64,000 bases of DNA from an uncultured cyanobacterium (GTDB taxonomy: Bacteria > Cyanobacteriota > Cyanobacteriia > Cyanobacteriales > Nostocaceae), in NCBI GenBank assembly GCA_963740315.1, contig CAVUDP010000001.1:1280001-1344000 (forward strand), written 5' to 3'. This document shows, piece by piece, positions 42,124 to 53,355 of the stretch. The position numbers were made by a program, and so were the translations under genes. The notes beneath the pieces are model-generated. The model was not told where the DNA came from, ran no database searches, and saw nothing but the letters and a program-made list of their open reading frames with translations. Positions within the stretch are counted from its first letter, which is position 1; every line of letters begins with the position of its first letter.

Positions 42124-42366
42124 TGGGAATTTGGGAGAGGGAGATGAGGGGATGGGGAGATGGGGAGAGGGGGAGATGGGGAGAGGGGGGAGAGGGGGAG
42201 AGGGGGTAGAGGGGGTAGAGGGGGTAGATGGGGAGATGGGGTAGAGGGGGTAGAGGGGGTAGAGGGGGGTAGTTAAACAGCGAGCAAGATGCTCGCACTA
42301 CTTCTAACTGCTAACTGCTAACTGCTAACTGCTAACTGTTAACTGCTAACTGCTAACTACTAACTC
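42124..42366. repeat. G-rich 8/9-mer repeats, a REP-like 23-mer and CTAACTG heptamers
   Basis: GGGGAGAT/GGGGGTAGA tracts; AGCGAGCAAGATGCTCGCACTAC (42279-42301) is identical at 61886-61908. Confidence 0.9.
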
Positions 42367-42855
42367 CTAACTCCCTAACTTCTTCAACTCATCTCCCATG
42401 AGGCGGCAAATCCGCCAATCTTCTAAAATGTCTGCTCCCATGTGGCGGTAGAATGCTTTTGCTGGTTCGTTCCAATCCAAAACGCTCCATTCTAATCTTC
42501 CGCAATTTCTTTCAACTGCAATGCTCGCAACTTTGGTTAAAAGTGCTTTACCAATACCTTTTTGACGATATTCTTTTAAAACGAATAAATCTTCTAAATA
42601 GATTCCCGGCTGGGTAAGAAAGGTTGAATAATTATGAAAAAATAAGGCGAATCCTACTGTTTGCCCGCTTACTTCTGCTAATATCGCTTCAGCATATTTT
42701 CGATCCCCAAATAAATGCTCTTTGAGTTGTGAAACACTACCAGTCACCGCATCAGTTAGTTTTTCGTATTCTGCCAACCCTTTGATTAATTCAAATAATA
42801 CGCCGCAATCTTCTGGTTGAGCTAAACGTAAACTCAAATCGCTATCGGGAGTCAT
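42367..42855 (-). CDS. GNAT N-acetyltransferase (SSAT/diamine acetyltransferase-like)
   Basis: LAEYEK, YSTF, IYLEDLFV..RQKGIG, LEWSVLDWNEPA..FY. Confidence 0.9.
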   Translation of the reverse strand: MTPDSDLSLRLAQPEDCGVLFELIKGLAEYEKLTDAVTGSVSQLKEHLFGDRKYAEAILAEVSGQTVGFALFFHNYSTFLTQPGIYLEDLFVLKEYRQKGIGKALLTKVASIAVERNCGRLEWSVLDWNEPAKAFYRHMGADILEDWRICRLMGDELKKLGS

Positions 42856-42949
42856 TAGTTATTTCAAATATGAAGGACGAATTGTTAAGTATGTAGCAAA
42901 GATATCCTACATATGAAGTAACTTTACAAAAGTTTTAATTTAGAGATTA

Positions 42950-43180
42950 TTATTCAAGTTTTTCTCTTAGCGATGGCGTTAAAATCATTAATCCCCTGGC
43001 AACTTCTTCATGAGTTGCTGTACCATCCGCTACCTTCGGCACAATAGCCATCAATTCTAAAGCTAATTTTGTCGGTATACCCGATGCTTCTAAACGCTTT
43101 AGTTCTAAAATATCAATACCTGCTTCCAATCCTTCCAAATACTCTTCTACGGTAACTCCGTAGTCATGTATTTCGGTCAT
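42950..43180 (-). CDS. Small acidic hypothetical protein
   Basis: 76-aa ORF with an AGGAAG SD-like sequence upstream; no family recognised. Confidence 0.6.
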   Translation of the reverse strand: MTEIHDYGVTVEEYLEGLEAGIDILELKRLEASGIPTKLALELMAIVPKVADGTATHEEVARGLMILTPSLREKLE

Positions 43181-43455
43181 AAATATAGCTTCCTAATATC
43201 TAAATTTATTACTCAATTTCTATATTTATTTTCTTACAGGAATCGCATTTTATAACAAGTTATTTTAAAAATATTTGAGTGCATTCCCATCCCCTCCGGC
43301 AAGCGATCGCAGCGCAAATCCCTCCCCCAGGCTTGGGAAAGGGATTAAAAAGATTTAGATATTTTTCAAGCTTTAGAAAAATCAAAGCTAATTAATTATC
43401 AGTTAACAATTACAACCACTTTTCTGATAACTGTTAACTGTTAACTGATAACTGA

Positions 43456-44592
43456 CTACACTAGCCAGCCTTTCAAACGCTTGGCGATATGGGGACGACG
43501 CAATTTACGCATTGCTTTACTTTGAATTTGACGTACTCTTTCGCGAGAGAGATTGAACATATTGCCAACTTCCTCTAACGTACAAGGCTCGCTACTTGTC
43601 AAACCGTAACGCAAGGAAATTACGTCTTTTTCTCGTGGGGTTAATACGTCTCCCAATACTTCCCAAATCTCCTGACGCATCATGCTTTCGTTCATTTTTG
43701 CTTCGGGAGATTGGTTGTCTTCATCTTCCAACAAATCCATCAATTCGGTATCTTCTTCTTTACCGACACGATGGTTTAATGAAAGTGCTTGACGACGCAA
43801 TTGTTGTAACTGGCGTAGCTGGTTGGGGGGAATTTCCAACACTTCTGCCATTTCTTCTTCTGTAGGATTCCGACTTAATTTTTGTTTTAATTCTCTTTGC
43901 GCTTTCTTGAGTTTATTAAGCTTTTCTACAATATGTATAGGTAAACGAATTGTGCGTGCATCGTTGGCGATCGCTCTGGTAATTGCTTGGCGAATCCACC
44001 AGTAAGCGTAGGTTGAAAATTTGTATCCTTTATCTGGATCGAATTTTTCAGTAGCGCGATTTAAACCCATCGCCCCTTCTTGAATCAAATCTAAAAAGGG
44101 AACTCCACGATTCAGGTAGCGTTTGGCGATGGAAACTACAAGACGCAAGTTAGAACGAATCATTTTGCGCTTGGCGACTTTACCTTGGTATAAGCGATGT
44201 TCTAACTGTTTGACGTTAATCCCCATTTGACTTGCTACAGCCGCTCGATCGGGGAAATGCCCCAATTGTTGCTCTGCCGCTGCTTGTGCTTGTCTTACTT
44301 CTTCGAGGATGCGTACCCTTCTAGCTAATTCGACTTCTTCGTCGGGCTTAAGCAATGGATAACGCGCCATTTCTTTGAAAAATGCACCTACAGCATCATC
44401 GTACTCGGTTTTGTTGTATCCCGTAGGTCTGGCTTCCGCCATGTCATCCCCATGACTCGACTCAGCTTCCATGTTTTGAGCAATTATTGCTTCATCGTCT
44501 GTCACTACTTCTAAAACATTAATTGCTTCTGATTCATTTTTATTAGCAACTTTTTGCATACTTTCCATTGTTCCTAATTGTGCAATATTCAT
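43456..44592 (-). CDS. sigE: Group 2 RNA polymerase sigma factor, SigE type
   Basis: Region 1.2 DAVGAFFKEMARYPLL (characteristic of cyanobacterial SigE), NLRLVVSIAKRY, KFSTYAYWWIRQ, SRERVRQI. Confidence 0.85.
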   Translation of the reverse strand: MNIAQLGTMESMQKVANKNESEAINVLEVVTDDEAIIAQNMEAESSHGDDMAEARPTGYNKTEYDDAVGAFFKEMARYPLLKPDEEVELARRVRILEEVRQAQAAAEQQLGHFPDRAAVASQMGINVKQLEHRLYQGKVAKRKMIRSNLRLVVSIAKRYLNRGVPFLDLIQEGAMGLNRATEKFDPDKGYKFSTYAYWWIRQAITRAIANDARTIRLPIHIVEKLNKLKKAQRELKQKLSRNPTEEEMAEVLEIPPNQLRQLQQLRRQALSLNHRVGKEEDTELMDLLEDEDNQSPEAKMNESMMRQEIWEVLGDVLTPREKDVISLRYGLTSSEPCTLEEVGNMFNLSRERVRQIQSKAMRKLRRPHIAKRLKGWLV

Positions 44593-45295
44593 AAGTTTTT
44601 AAATGGAGGATTGTTGCTTGCGAACCTAAAATAACTAAAGTGACAGCTACCTGGAGGGGCATTTCAAGATGGAATCCATCATCTACATATACCTTTTAGT
44701 TGAGCCGCGCAGCTTTTGCATGTGGTTTTATAGCTTCTCTTTTACTCTTCAACTCAGGCTTTATAATTTATCTAGCTATATCCCACTCATATGACATCGT
44801 TATACAAATCACCAACATATATAAATACGATTATCCTAATACATATATTCTTGACTTTTTTTCTCTAACAGAATTTTCTTCTTATTACCTCCTAATTTTT
44901 CTTTTCTCGATAAATATAAAAAAATTCTCTATTACTGCCAAAATCTTCAATTCAATGTCTTTCTCTATACCGTCGCACTTTTATGCTTAATAACTATCAA
45001 AGGGATAATACTATCTTTCGATTCGGCAATATATAACTATTGGCAGTGTTGACTCAATTTATAAGCAAATATGACACGTCAAACTGTGGGAAATTCTTCC
45101 CTATATAAAAGCATCTCATATACCACCAAAGCTGAATATCTATCAAGAGAGAGATAAGCCCTATTCCATAATTGGTAAACTCAGCAGGAATTGGTGTAAA
45201 TAGATGAGATTATTTGAGTTTATATATCAGGTATCAAAAAATCATTCGCAAGCAATGTTTGTGTAAGGTTTGTTTATGAGATTACATATCTAGGA

Positions 45296-45337
45296 AACTT
45301 ATCAAGTATTATGTCCTATGAAAGTATTATGAAATAC
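45296..45337 (-). promoter_or_regulatory. Putative NtcA-activated promoter facing sigE
   Basis: Minus strand reads TGTA-TTTCATAA-TAC, then 22 nt, then TAAGTT, matching GTA-N8-TAC-N22-TAN3T. Confidence 0.55.
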
Positions 45338-45435
45338 ATTTTATCTTATCTATAGGAGATTTATTCGATGTAAATAAATTTAGTTGATTTTATAAATTCG
45401 ATCGCGGTAATTATTAATCGGGAAAATAAAAAAAT

Positions 45436-48053
45436 ATGTATACAAAAAATGCAATATCGGCTGCTATAGTCGCTTCACCTCAAGGGGAATATAACTTGCG
45501 GATGTCGCAAAATCAATGGGTTGAAGTATTGGTAGATTGTCCCAGAACGACGGGATTATTTACTTACGGATTACCTCCACAGTTAGAAGTAAAACCAGGA
45601 GATATTTTAAGCGTGCCATTTGGTTCGCAAACTGTTGGCGCGATCGCAATTCGTAAATTAACAAAACCTCCCCAAGATGTACCAATAGAAAAAATTCGGA
45701 ATATAGAAGATGTAGTTAGCGCCGGATTTTTTCCAGATTTTTACTGGGAATTATTAAATCGAGTTGCAGCATATTATTACACGCCTTTAATCCAGGTAAT
45801 TCGCGTTGCTTTACCTCCTGGTTTACTGCCAAAATCTCAACGGCGCATCCGGCTTTCTAATCAAAATATTTCATCTTCCCCGTCTCTCCCCCTTTCAATT
45901 TCCTTCTCCCCCGCAGCGAGGAAAATTCTCGATTTACTCCAAGCCCAACAGCAAGGAGATTATAGTTTTATCTATTTACAGCGACAAGTCAGGAATGCTC
46001 CTAAAGGGGTAAGAGAGTTGCGGCGACTTGGTTTAATTGAAACTTATTTAGAAGCACCGCGCTCAACTAAACCAAAATTACAAAAAGCAGTAATATTAAT
46101 TGGAAATATTTCACCAGATTTAACCACCCGTCAAACAGAAATTTTAGAAGTACTACGACGACGTGGTGGCGAAATGTGGCTAACTGAATTATTACAAACT
46201 TGCAGCAGTAGTTCTTCCGTAGTTAAAACCTTAGAGAAAAAAGGTTATGTTGTCGTAGAAGAAAAAGAACTATTGCGAATCGATACCTCTAAAAATGCAG
46301 ATGAAACATTCACCGGGCAGCAAGCAAAAAACCTCACATCAGCCCAACAAATAGCTTTAGAAACGATAAATAATATTAATGGATATGCATCAATCCTATT
46401 ACATGGAGTTACAGGTTCGGGTAAAACAGAAGTGTATTTGCAGGCGATCGCACCTCTACTACAAAAAGGGAAATCGGCATTAGTATTAGTTCCCGAAATT
46501 GGGCTAACTCCACAATTAACCGATCGCTTTCGTGCTAGATTCGGCAGCAAAGTCAGCGTATACCATAGCGCCCTTTCCGATGGCGAGCGTTATGACACTT
46601 GGCGTACTATGCTAGCAGGGGAACCTCAAGTAGTCATCGGCACCCGTAGCGCCGTTTTCGCACCATTACCCAACCTCGGCATAATAATCCTAGACGAAGA
46701 ACACGATTCCTCATTCAAACAAGACTCTCGCAGCCCCACCTACCACGCTCGCACCGTTGCAAACTGGCGAGCAGAATTACAAAATTGTCCCCTAGTATTA
46801 GGATCGGCAACTCCTTCCTTGGAAACTTGGATGAATGCGGGGAGAGGGGGAGAGGGGGAAGAGGGGGAGAGGGGGAAGAGAGGGAAGAGAGGGAAATGTT
46901 AACTCCTAACTCCTCACTCCTAACTCCTAACTCTTTTAATCCAAAATCTAAAATTCAAAATCCAAAATCGCATTACCTTTCCCTTCCAGAGCGCGTTAAT
47001 TCTCGCCCTCTACCTCCTGTAGAAATAGTAGATATGCGAGAAGAATTGCACCGGGGAAATCGTTCTATATTTAGCAATCCGTTACAGCAAGGTTTACAAG
47101 AACTTGTTGAAACCGGAGGGCAAGGAATATTATTTATTCATCGTCGGGGACACAGTACTTTTGTATCCTGTCGTAGCTGCGGCTATGTGATGGAATGTCC
47201 CTATTGCGATGTGTCGCTATCCTATCACCAAACCGAAGCGGGAGCGGCGCAGGTTTTACGCTGTCATTACTGCAATTATGCAACCCCCCATCCTAAAAAT
47301 TGTCCCGATTGTTGTTCTCCTTATTTAAAATTCTTTGGTAGCGGTACCCAACGAGTAGCGCAAGAGTTAGCAAAACAGTTTCCCGAATTAAAATTTATTC
47401 GTTTTGATAGCGACACCACCCGCAACAAAGGAGCGCATCGGACTTTATTAACTAGATTTGCCAAAGGTGAAGCGCATTTATTAATCGGAACCCAAATGCT
47501 TACCAAAGGTTTAGACTTACCCCAAGTAACCTTAGTCGGAGTAGTCAGCGCCGATGGATTGCTGCATTTATCAGATTACCGCGCCAGCGAACGCGCTTTC
47601 CAGACTTTAACCCAAGTTGCAGGGCGTGCCGGTAGAGGTGAAGACCCCGGAAGAGTTATAATTCAGACTTACACCACAGAACATCAAGTAATTCAAGCAG
47701 TACGGCAACACGATTATCAAACTTTTATTCAAGACGAATTAGAACAGCGGGAAGCTCTGAATTATCCACCCTACGGCAGATTGATTTTATTGCGGTTAAG
47801 CAGTTTAGATGAAATACAAGTAGAAAACACCGCCACAGAAATCGCCGAAAAGCTCCAGCAGCAATCCGAAATAGAAGTACTTGGACCCGCACCAGCAAAT
47901 ATATTAAGAGTAGCTAACCGTTATCGCTGGCAAATATTATTAAAATTCGCTCCCCAAGACTTACCGCAGCTACCAGACTGGGAAGAAATACGTCAGATAT
48001 GCCCAAATTCAGTTAGTTTGACAATAGATATCGATCCTTTGAATATTATGTAA
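45436..48053 (+). CDS. priA: Primosomal protein N' (PriA), split into two frames (45436-46902 and 46896-48053) at an inserted tandem-repeat tract
   Basis: LHGVTGSGKTEVY, DEEHD, GSATPS in ORF1; HRRG, four CxxC pairs, GTQMLTKGLD, QVAGRAGR, YPPY in ORF2; repeats at 46839-46970. Confidence 0.9.
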
Positions 48054-48185
48054 AAGGTTAAAGGTTAAAGGTTAAAGGTTAAAGGTCAAAGGTTAAAGGT
48101 CAAAGGTTAAAGGTCAAAGGTTAAAGGCTAAAGGTTAAAGGTTAAAGGTTAAAGGTTAAAGGTTAAAGGTTAAAGGTTAAAGGTT
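48053..48185. repeat. STRR heptamer AAAGGT(T/C) x~19
   Basis: Read directly. Confidence 0.95.
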
Positions 48186-48366
48186 ATGCTTTTAATTAGA
48201 ACTCCTAACTGCTAAAAGCTACTATATAACTCGAAACTTTCAATATCCCCCTTAAAAAAGGAGGACTTTAACCCCCCTTGGCTAAGGGGGGAAGGGGGGA
48301 TAATCCGAGAATTGCGTTAAAAAAATACTTTTCAAACATCCTCTAACTACTCACTACTCCCTACTC

Positions 48367-50343
48367 CTAACAACTAACAACTAAATGAGCAACTTTCTGG
48401 GCTAAGTTATCTGCTTCAATGGGCTTGGCGAGATGCAGGTTAAAACCCGATCGCAATGATTCTTGGCGATTTGATTCTCCGGCGTAAGCGGTTAAGGCGA
48501 TCGCGGGTATTTTTGCGCCTTTGTGAGAGGGTAGCGCTCGAATTTGTCGTATTAATGTATGTCCGTTGACTTCGGGCATGGCAATATCACTAATAAGCAA
48601 GTCTGGTTTATTTTGTAAGAATAATTTAAATGCTTGTGACGCTGAGGTTGCTGTTTTTACTGATGCTCCGTAGGTTTCGAGGACAAATTGTAGGTATTCT
48701 AAGTTGTCTGGCTCGTCGTCTACTAATAAAATATTTATTCCTTGAAAATTTAATTGGGCACTATAATTATTGTTAATTTGAATATCAGTTTCTACGTTGG
48801 ATGTTAAAGGTATCTCTACGGTAAATGTTGTACCTTTGCCAATACCAGAACTTTCTACTTGAATGTTACCACCGTGAAGTTCTACTAAATGCCTGACGAT
48901 CGCTAAACCTAATCCCAATCCTCCAGTATTTCTGGTGCTGGAACTGTTTTCTTGACGAAAGTAATCAAATACATAAGGTAAAAACTCCGAACAAATTCCT
49001 TTCCCGGTATCTTTAATTTGAACTTTAGCTATCGAGCGATCGCAAGTTAATTCTACGTTTACTTTTCCTCCGGATGGAGTGAATTTGACTGCATTAGAAA
49101 GTAGATTCCAAAAAACTTGCTGTAAGCGATTGGGTTCACCTTCAATAAAAACGCTATCTGTGGGGAAGTCGGGAATTATTTGAATCGATTTTGCACGAGC
49201 TGCTAAATGCACGGTTTCGATGGCAGCATTAATAATCTTGACTAAATCAACGCTAACTGGATTTAGCTGTAATTTACCGCGCAATATTCGGGAAACATCA
49301 AGCAAGTCTTTGATCATTTCTGCTTGTAAAGAAGCATTACGCTCGATTGTTTCTAATGCTTGTTGAATTCTGTGGGGGGGAAGCTTATTAGAACGTAAAA
49401 GTTGAGTCCATCCTAAAATAGGGTTGAGTGGTGTTCGCAACTCGTGAGAAAGTACGGCTAAAAATTCATCTTTTACCCGGTTTGCGGCTTCGGCTTTTGC
49501 AAGTAATTGCGCTCTTTCGATTTCCGCTTGTTTGCGATCGGTAATATCTCTTAAAGTTACCAAATAAGCTGGTTTTCCATGCCAATCTATTTTTACTACC
49601 CGCATTTGAGCTATTAGTTGTTTTGCGGTTCCCGTAGAAATATCTACTTCGGTTTTATCTTCACCAGCTACCGGAAAGCCAAACACTTCTCCTAAAAGTT
49701 CTTCTTCATTACGGTTGAATAGCTTTAAGGCTGCGGGGTTGATAAATCTAACTACTCCTTGCTTATCTATCACCACTATCCCATCGGGATTTTTGGTAAT
49801 TAACATTTGTAACTGCTTTTGACTTTTTTTCAGCGCAGTTTCTACTTTTTCTCTACGAATACTTTCAAGGTGGCTTTGCTGGCGTTGTCTTTTTAATTCT
49901 GTTGCTTGAGAAAATAGACGTTGCTGTAACTCAGTCAAATCAATATTAGTTTCTGCTTCGGGAAACTCCGATTGCGATCGTTTATCAAGCAATTGTTTAA
50001 CGAGCGATGGCAGTCGGTGCAATTCATCCGTACTTAAATAGTTAGTTGCTCCTGCTTTCATGCAAGCTACTGCATCGGGGGCATTATTTTTACCATTAAA
50101 AACTATAAAAGGAACGTATAATTCTTTTTGCTGTAAAATTTCTTGAGCTATTACAATATTTAATTTTCGGTGTTGGTAATCTGCTAATATAATTTCTAGA
50201 TCGTAATTTAAATTAGTAAGCAAATCAGCTTCATTTTCTATTTGCTTTGCTACGGGGGTAAATTCTGATTCCTGTAACAAAGATAATATTTTTTCGCTGT
50301 TTTCGGCATCAGATAATAGTAGTAAGTTTATTGGAACTGCCAT
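48367..50343 (-). CDS. Hybrid histidine kinase (degenerate REC-PAS-HisKA-HATPase-REC)
   Basis: PDGIVVID..INPAA PAS, LSHELRTPL, NAVKFT, GGLGLGL, LVDDE..SDIAMP..AKP. Confidence 0.92.
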   Translation of the reverse strand: MAVPINLLLLSDAENSEKILSLLQESEFTPVAKQIENEADLLTNLNYDLEIILADYQHRKLNIVIAQEILQQKELYVPFIVFNGKNNAPDAVACMKAGATNYLSTDELHRLPSLVKQLLDKRSQSEFPEAETNIDLTELQQRLFSQATELKRQRQQSHLESIRREKVETALKKSQKQLQMLITKNPDGIVVIDKQGVVRFINPAALKLFNRNEEELLGEVFGFPVAGEDKTEVDISTGTAKQLIAQMRVVKIDWHGKPAYLVTLRDITDRKQAEIERAQLLAKAEAANRVKDEFLAVLSHELRTPLNPILGWTQLLRSNKLPPHRIQQALETIERNASLQAEMIKDLLDVSRILRGKLQLNPVSVDLVKIINAAIETVHLAARAKSIQIIPDFPTDSVFIEGEPNRLQQVFWNLLSNAVKFTPSGGKVNVELTCDRSIAKVQIKDTGKGICSEFLPYVFDYFRQENSSSTRNTGGLGLGLAIVRHLVELHGGNIQVESSGIGKGTTFTVEIPLTSNVETDIQINNNYSAQLNFQGINILLVDDEPDNLEYLQFVLETYGASVKTATSASQAFKLFLQNKPDLLISDIAMPEVNGHTLIRQIRALPSHKGAKIPAIALTAYAGESNRQESLRSGFNLHLAKPIEADNLAQKVAHLVVSC

Positions 50344-50545
50344 AAATAATATTTCATAATTTAATAATTTCTATTTATAGAAAAGGTTATCATGCTATAA
50401 GTAGTAAGCATATTTTTCCCTTAACAGATTAAATTGAGAATATCCAAATCGCAGACAAAATTTTCTATAACTTAAATTTGTAGCACGATATCAATCTAAT
50501 TTGGTCTACCTTTAGAACTAACAGGAAATGAGATAATTAGAAAAA

Positions 50546-52072
50546 TTATCTACCTGCTCCATCTTGAAACAATTCGCTCAAACGATTAACTTCATCTCGA
50601 TCTACATACATCGGATTTCCTGATAAAATTCCGGTTACGTTACGGAAACTTCTACCGATGTGCATTCCATTACTATCAATTACGAATTCGCGAATTTGTT
50701 TATCATGCATTGAACCCCGCATTTTGATTACCGCCAAACCTCTTCTAACTTCACCGTAAATTTCTACATATCGCAGTAAAATAATTGAATCGGTACTTGT
50801 AGAAATCTGAGCTTCTGTTACCGAATTACCACCTAATAAAGTCGGAGCGGTAGCTGTATAAAGTCCAGTAATTCCTTCCCCTCTAATTGTCGCATTCAAG
50901 CTGGCAATAAATTCCCGAAATCCGTTGAGCGTTGCAACTTTTTCTAAAGCTGTCAAACTATCAATTACTATTCGATGAGGTTTAAATTCCTCTATTGCTT
51001 CTTGCATTCTAATTAAATGATTTTCTAATCGCGTTGATTCCGGATAGCGAAACAGAATTTTTAACATTCCTTCTTTCTCTGCTTCTGTGAAGTCTATCCC
51101 CCAGCCCCGCGCATTTCTGATCAACTGATGCCGGTTTTCTTCAAACGCAAAATAAATACAGCGTTCATTTTTGATTCCGGCAGCAATAAACTGAGTTGAG
51201 AGTAAAGTTTTACCCGTACCCGTAGCACCCGATGCCAAAACAATCGAATCGCGGTAAAAACCATTGCCACACATTCGATCGAGTTCGTCATTACCGCTAG
51301 AAATGCGAATAGTAGATGATTCTTTATCAGAAGGAGACATTGCTGAAAGAGGAATAGTCACAAACCCTCTATCGGAAATAATCGTAAACGGAAATTCTCC
51401 TTGTTGATGAGAGCTACCGCGAAATTTAAGAATTTCTAAAGTACGACGACGCTTTTCTTCAATCAACACGTTACGCAAAATAATTACGTTGTCGGCGACA
51501 TATTCTTCAACTCCATGACTGCTGATTTCGCCGTATTCATAATTGCGTTCCGATGTTAAAATTGCCGTAGCGTTAATATCTCGCAATGCCGAAGCAATAA
51601 TAAATAAATCATCGCGAACTTGAGATTTATCGGCTAAATAACTAAAAATTGCTCCCAAAGAATCCATCGAAACTCTAGTAGCTTTTACCTTGTTAATCGC
51701 ATACTGAATTCGAGCCAGCAAAGGGCTAAGATCGTAATCTCCACTAACATAAGGATTTTTTCCAGGCTCCGGAGAAGCATCAACAAACACCCATTTCCCT
51801 TCTTCTTCCCACTTGGCAATATCCCAACCGAAACCGCGCATATTTCTGCGAATATTTTTGGGAGATTCTTCAAAAGAAATGAAAACGCCCGTTTCTCCCC
51901 GCTTAATTCCTTCTATTAAAAACTGACAGGAAAATATTGTTTTACCGCTGCCCGCACTACCAACCACTAAAGTAGTGCGCCCTACCGGCAACCCACCTTC
52001 AGATATCAAATCAAAACCTGGAATTCCTGTTTCTAACTTTTCGATAAATTCTTCTTCCCTTGCTTCAGACAT
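50546..52072 (-). CDS. kaiC: Circadian clock ATPase KaiC, KaiC3-like
   Basis: Two RecA-like domains (GSAGSGKT/FEE and GATGTGKT/FEE), two KxRG motifs, phosphosite motif QISTSTD, KMRGSMHDKQIREF. Confidence 0.95.
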   Translation of the reverse strand: MSEAREEEFIEKLETGIPGFDLISEGGLPVGRTTLVVGSAGSGKTIFSCQFLIEGIKRGETGVFISFEESPKNIRRNMRGFGWDIAKWEEEGKWVFVDASPEPGKNPYVSGDYDLSPLLARIQYAINKVKATRVSMDSLGAIFSYLADKSQVRDDLFIIASALRDINATAILTSERNYEYGEISSHGVEEYVADNVIILRNVLIEEKRRRTLEILKFRGSSHQQGEFPFTIISDRGFVTIPLSAMSPSDKESSTIRISSGNDELDRMCGNGFYRDSIVLASGATGTGKTLLSTQFIAAGIKNERCIYFAFEENRHQLIRNARGWGIDFTEAEKEGMLKILFRYPESTRLENHLIRMQEAIEEFKPHRIVIDSLTALEKVATLNGFREFIASLNATIRGEGITGLYTATAPTLLGGNSVTEAQISTSTDSIILLRYVEIYGEVRRGLAVIKMRGSMHDKQIREFVIDSNGMHIGRSFRNVTGILSGNPMYVDRDEVNRLSELFQDGAGR

Positions 52073-52144
52073 CTGAATAAACTTGATTTGATTGTTATCT
52101 AAGCCGATCTTTAAGATTCTTAGCTAAATAAATATATCATATTT

Positions 52145-52435
52145 CTAACTGCGAATTCCCAGCCCCATCAAAACTGTTTTTCTATCGGAGAAATCCCCAA
52201 TAATTCTGATTTGTGGTAAAGGAGATTCTCTGATTAAAGTTGGTGTTACAAGAATTTTTTCTTTTTCAGCAATATCAGGTTGCTTTAATACATCAACAAT
52301 GCAAATTTTATGATGGTTTGGTAAATTTGCTTCACACAATTCTATCAAATTAGAAATAGCACTTTCTGACCTTTGCGTATTTCCCGTCACATATATTTTT
52401 AATATATATTGCTTATTCAAACCACTTTTACACAT
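52145..52435 (-). CDS. kaiB: Circadian clock protein KaiB, KaiB3-like
   Basis: YILKIYVTGNT..S..AI.NL, VDVLKQP..AE..KILVTPTLI..P.P..RIIGDFSD. Confidence 0.93.
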   Translation of the reverse strand: MCKSGLNKQYILKIYVTGNTQRSESAISNLIELCEANLPNHHKICIVDVLKQPDIAEKEKILVTPTLIRESPLPQIRIIGDFSDRKTVLMGLGIRS

Positions 52436-52472
52436 TATTAGTACGATCGCGAATGTATTTTTTTCCTTTCAT

Positions 52473-53345
52473 TCAATCTGACTCGAAATCTTGACTAATC
52501 TTATCAAAATTAAGTTTATTTAAACCTATAAAGTATTTTCGGTAATAAGCTGTCAGATAGCCCATTAACTGTAATACTATTAAGCGTCCTTCCATCGCAT
52601 AGGCTTGAGATTTGCGAGAAGAACGATCGGTTTTTGCTTTAAGAACAGTAGTATGAATTTCAATCGCATCGCGGGGTGTAACTTGCAGAATACCTAATTG
52701 TCGAGCCAAAGAACTTAGTTTATCGGAAATATTATGCTCAACTTTGTAAGCTTTTTGCTCCAAAGCTAAATCCATAATTTTCCCATAACTTTGGACTAAT
52801 TCCGCAAAAATATCTGGTTTGCTTGCTCGTAAAGATTCAGATTCCCATAAATTAGCGTTTTTATCTTTACCAGATACACCTATTGTTTCAAGCTGCTCAA
52901 ATTCTAAGAGTTGCTGTTCCGTTTGCTGCTGCTTAAAAATATTTAGCTGTTGCTGTCGCTCTACCGCCGAACGAATCGCATATACTAGTACACTTGTATC
53001 AATGTCATTTTTATGTAAATATCCGATCGCACCTAATTCCAAAGCCTTAACACCAGCAGCTTCATCTAATAAGGTATGAACAATAATTGGTAAATTAGGT
53101 GCAGCTTTTAGCATCCGGATTAAACTCTTGATACCTCGACTATCAGTCAGCATTAAATCTAAGAAAATAACGTCGATATCAATGAGGGGCAGTTGCTGCA
53201 ATCCTTCTTTTAAAGATTGGGCAACAATTACCTCAAAACCTTGTTTAAACGAAGAAGACTTAGCTTTAGATAGCAATCTGCGGAAATATTCAATCTCCTC
53301 CGGTTCATCTTCAATTAAAAGAACTTGACAACGATGATTAAGCAT
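52473..53345 (-). CDS. kaiA3: KaiA3-like protein (receiver domain plus KaiA-like C-terminal helical domain)
   Basis: Receiver LLIEDE..FLDLML..HT..LHK; C-terminal RDAIEIH..EGRLIVLQLMGYLTAYYR resembles KaiA I.EIH..DYR..LID..AHL.E.YR; directly upstream of kaiB-kaiC. Confidence 0.75.
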   Translation of the reverse strand: MLNHRCQVLLIEDEPEEIEYFRRLLSKAKSSSFKQGFEVIVAQSLKEGLQQLPLIDIDVIFLDLMLTDSRGIKSLIRMLKAAPNLPIIVHTLLDEAAGVKALELGAIGYLHKNDIDTSVLVYAIRSAVERQQQLNIFKQQQTEQQLLEFEQLETIGVSGKDKNANLWESESLRASKPDIFAELVQSYGKIMDLALEQKAYKVEHNISDKLSSLARQLGILQVTPRDAIEIHTTVLKAKTDRSSRKSQAYAMEGRLIVLQLMGYLTAYYRKYFIGLNKLNFDKISQDFESD

Positions 53346-53355
53346 GAGCTTTTTT

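Noticed and set aside
42074..42298. 74-aa Pro-rich ORF
   Set aside because: Translation of G-rich tandem repeats.
44700..44990. 96-aa ORF upstream of sigE
   Set aside because: TTG start, low-complexity AT-rich composition, no motif; probably promoter or leader DNA.
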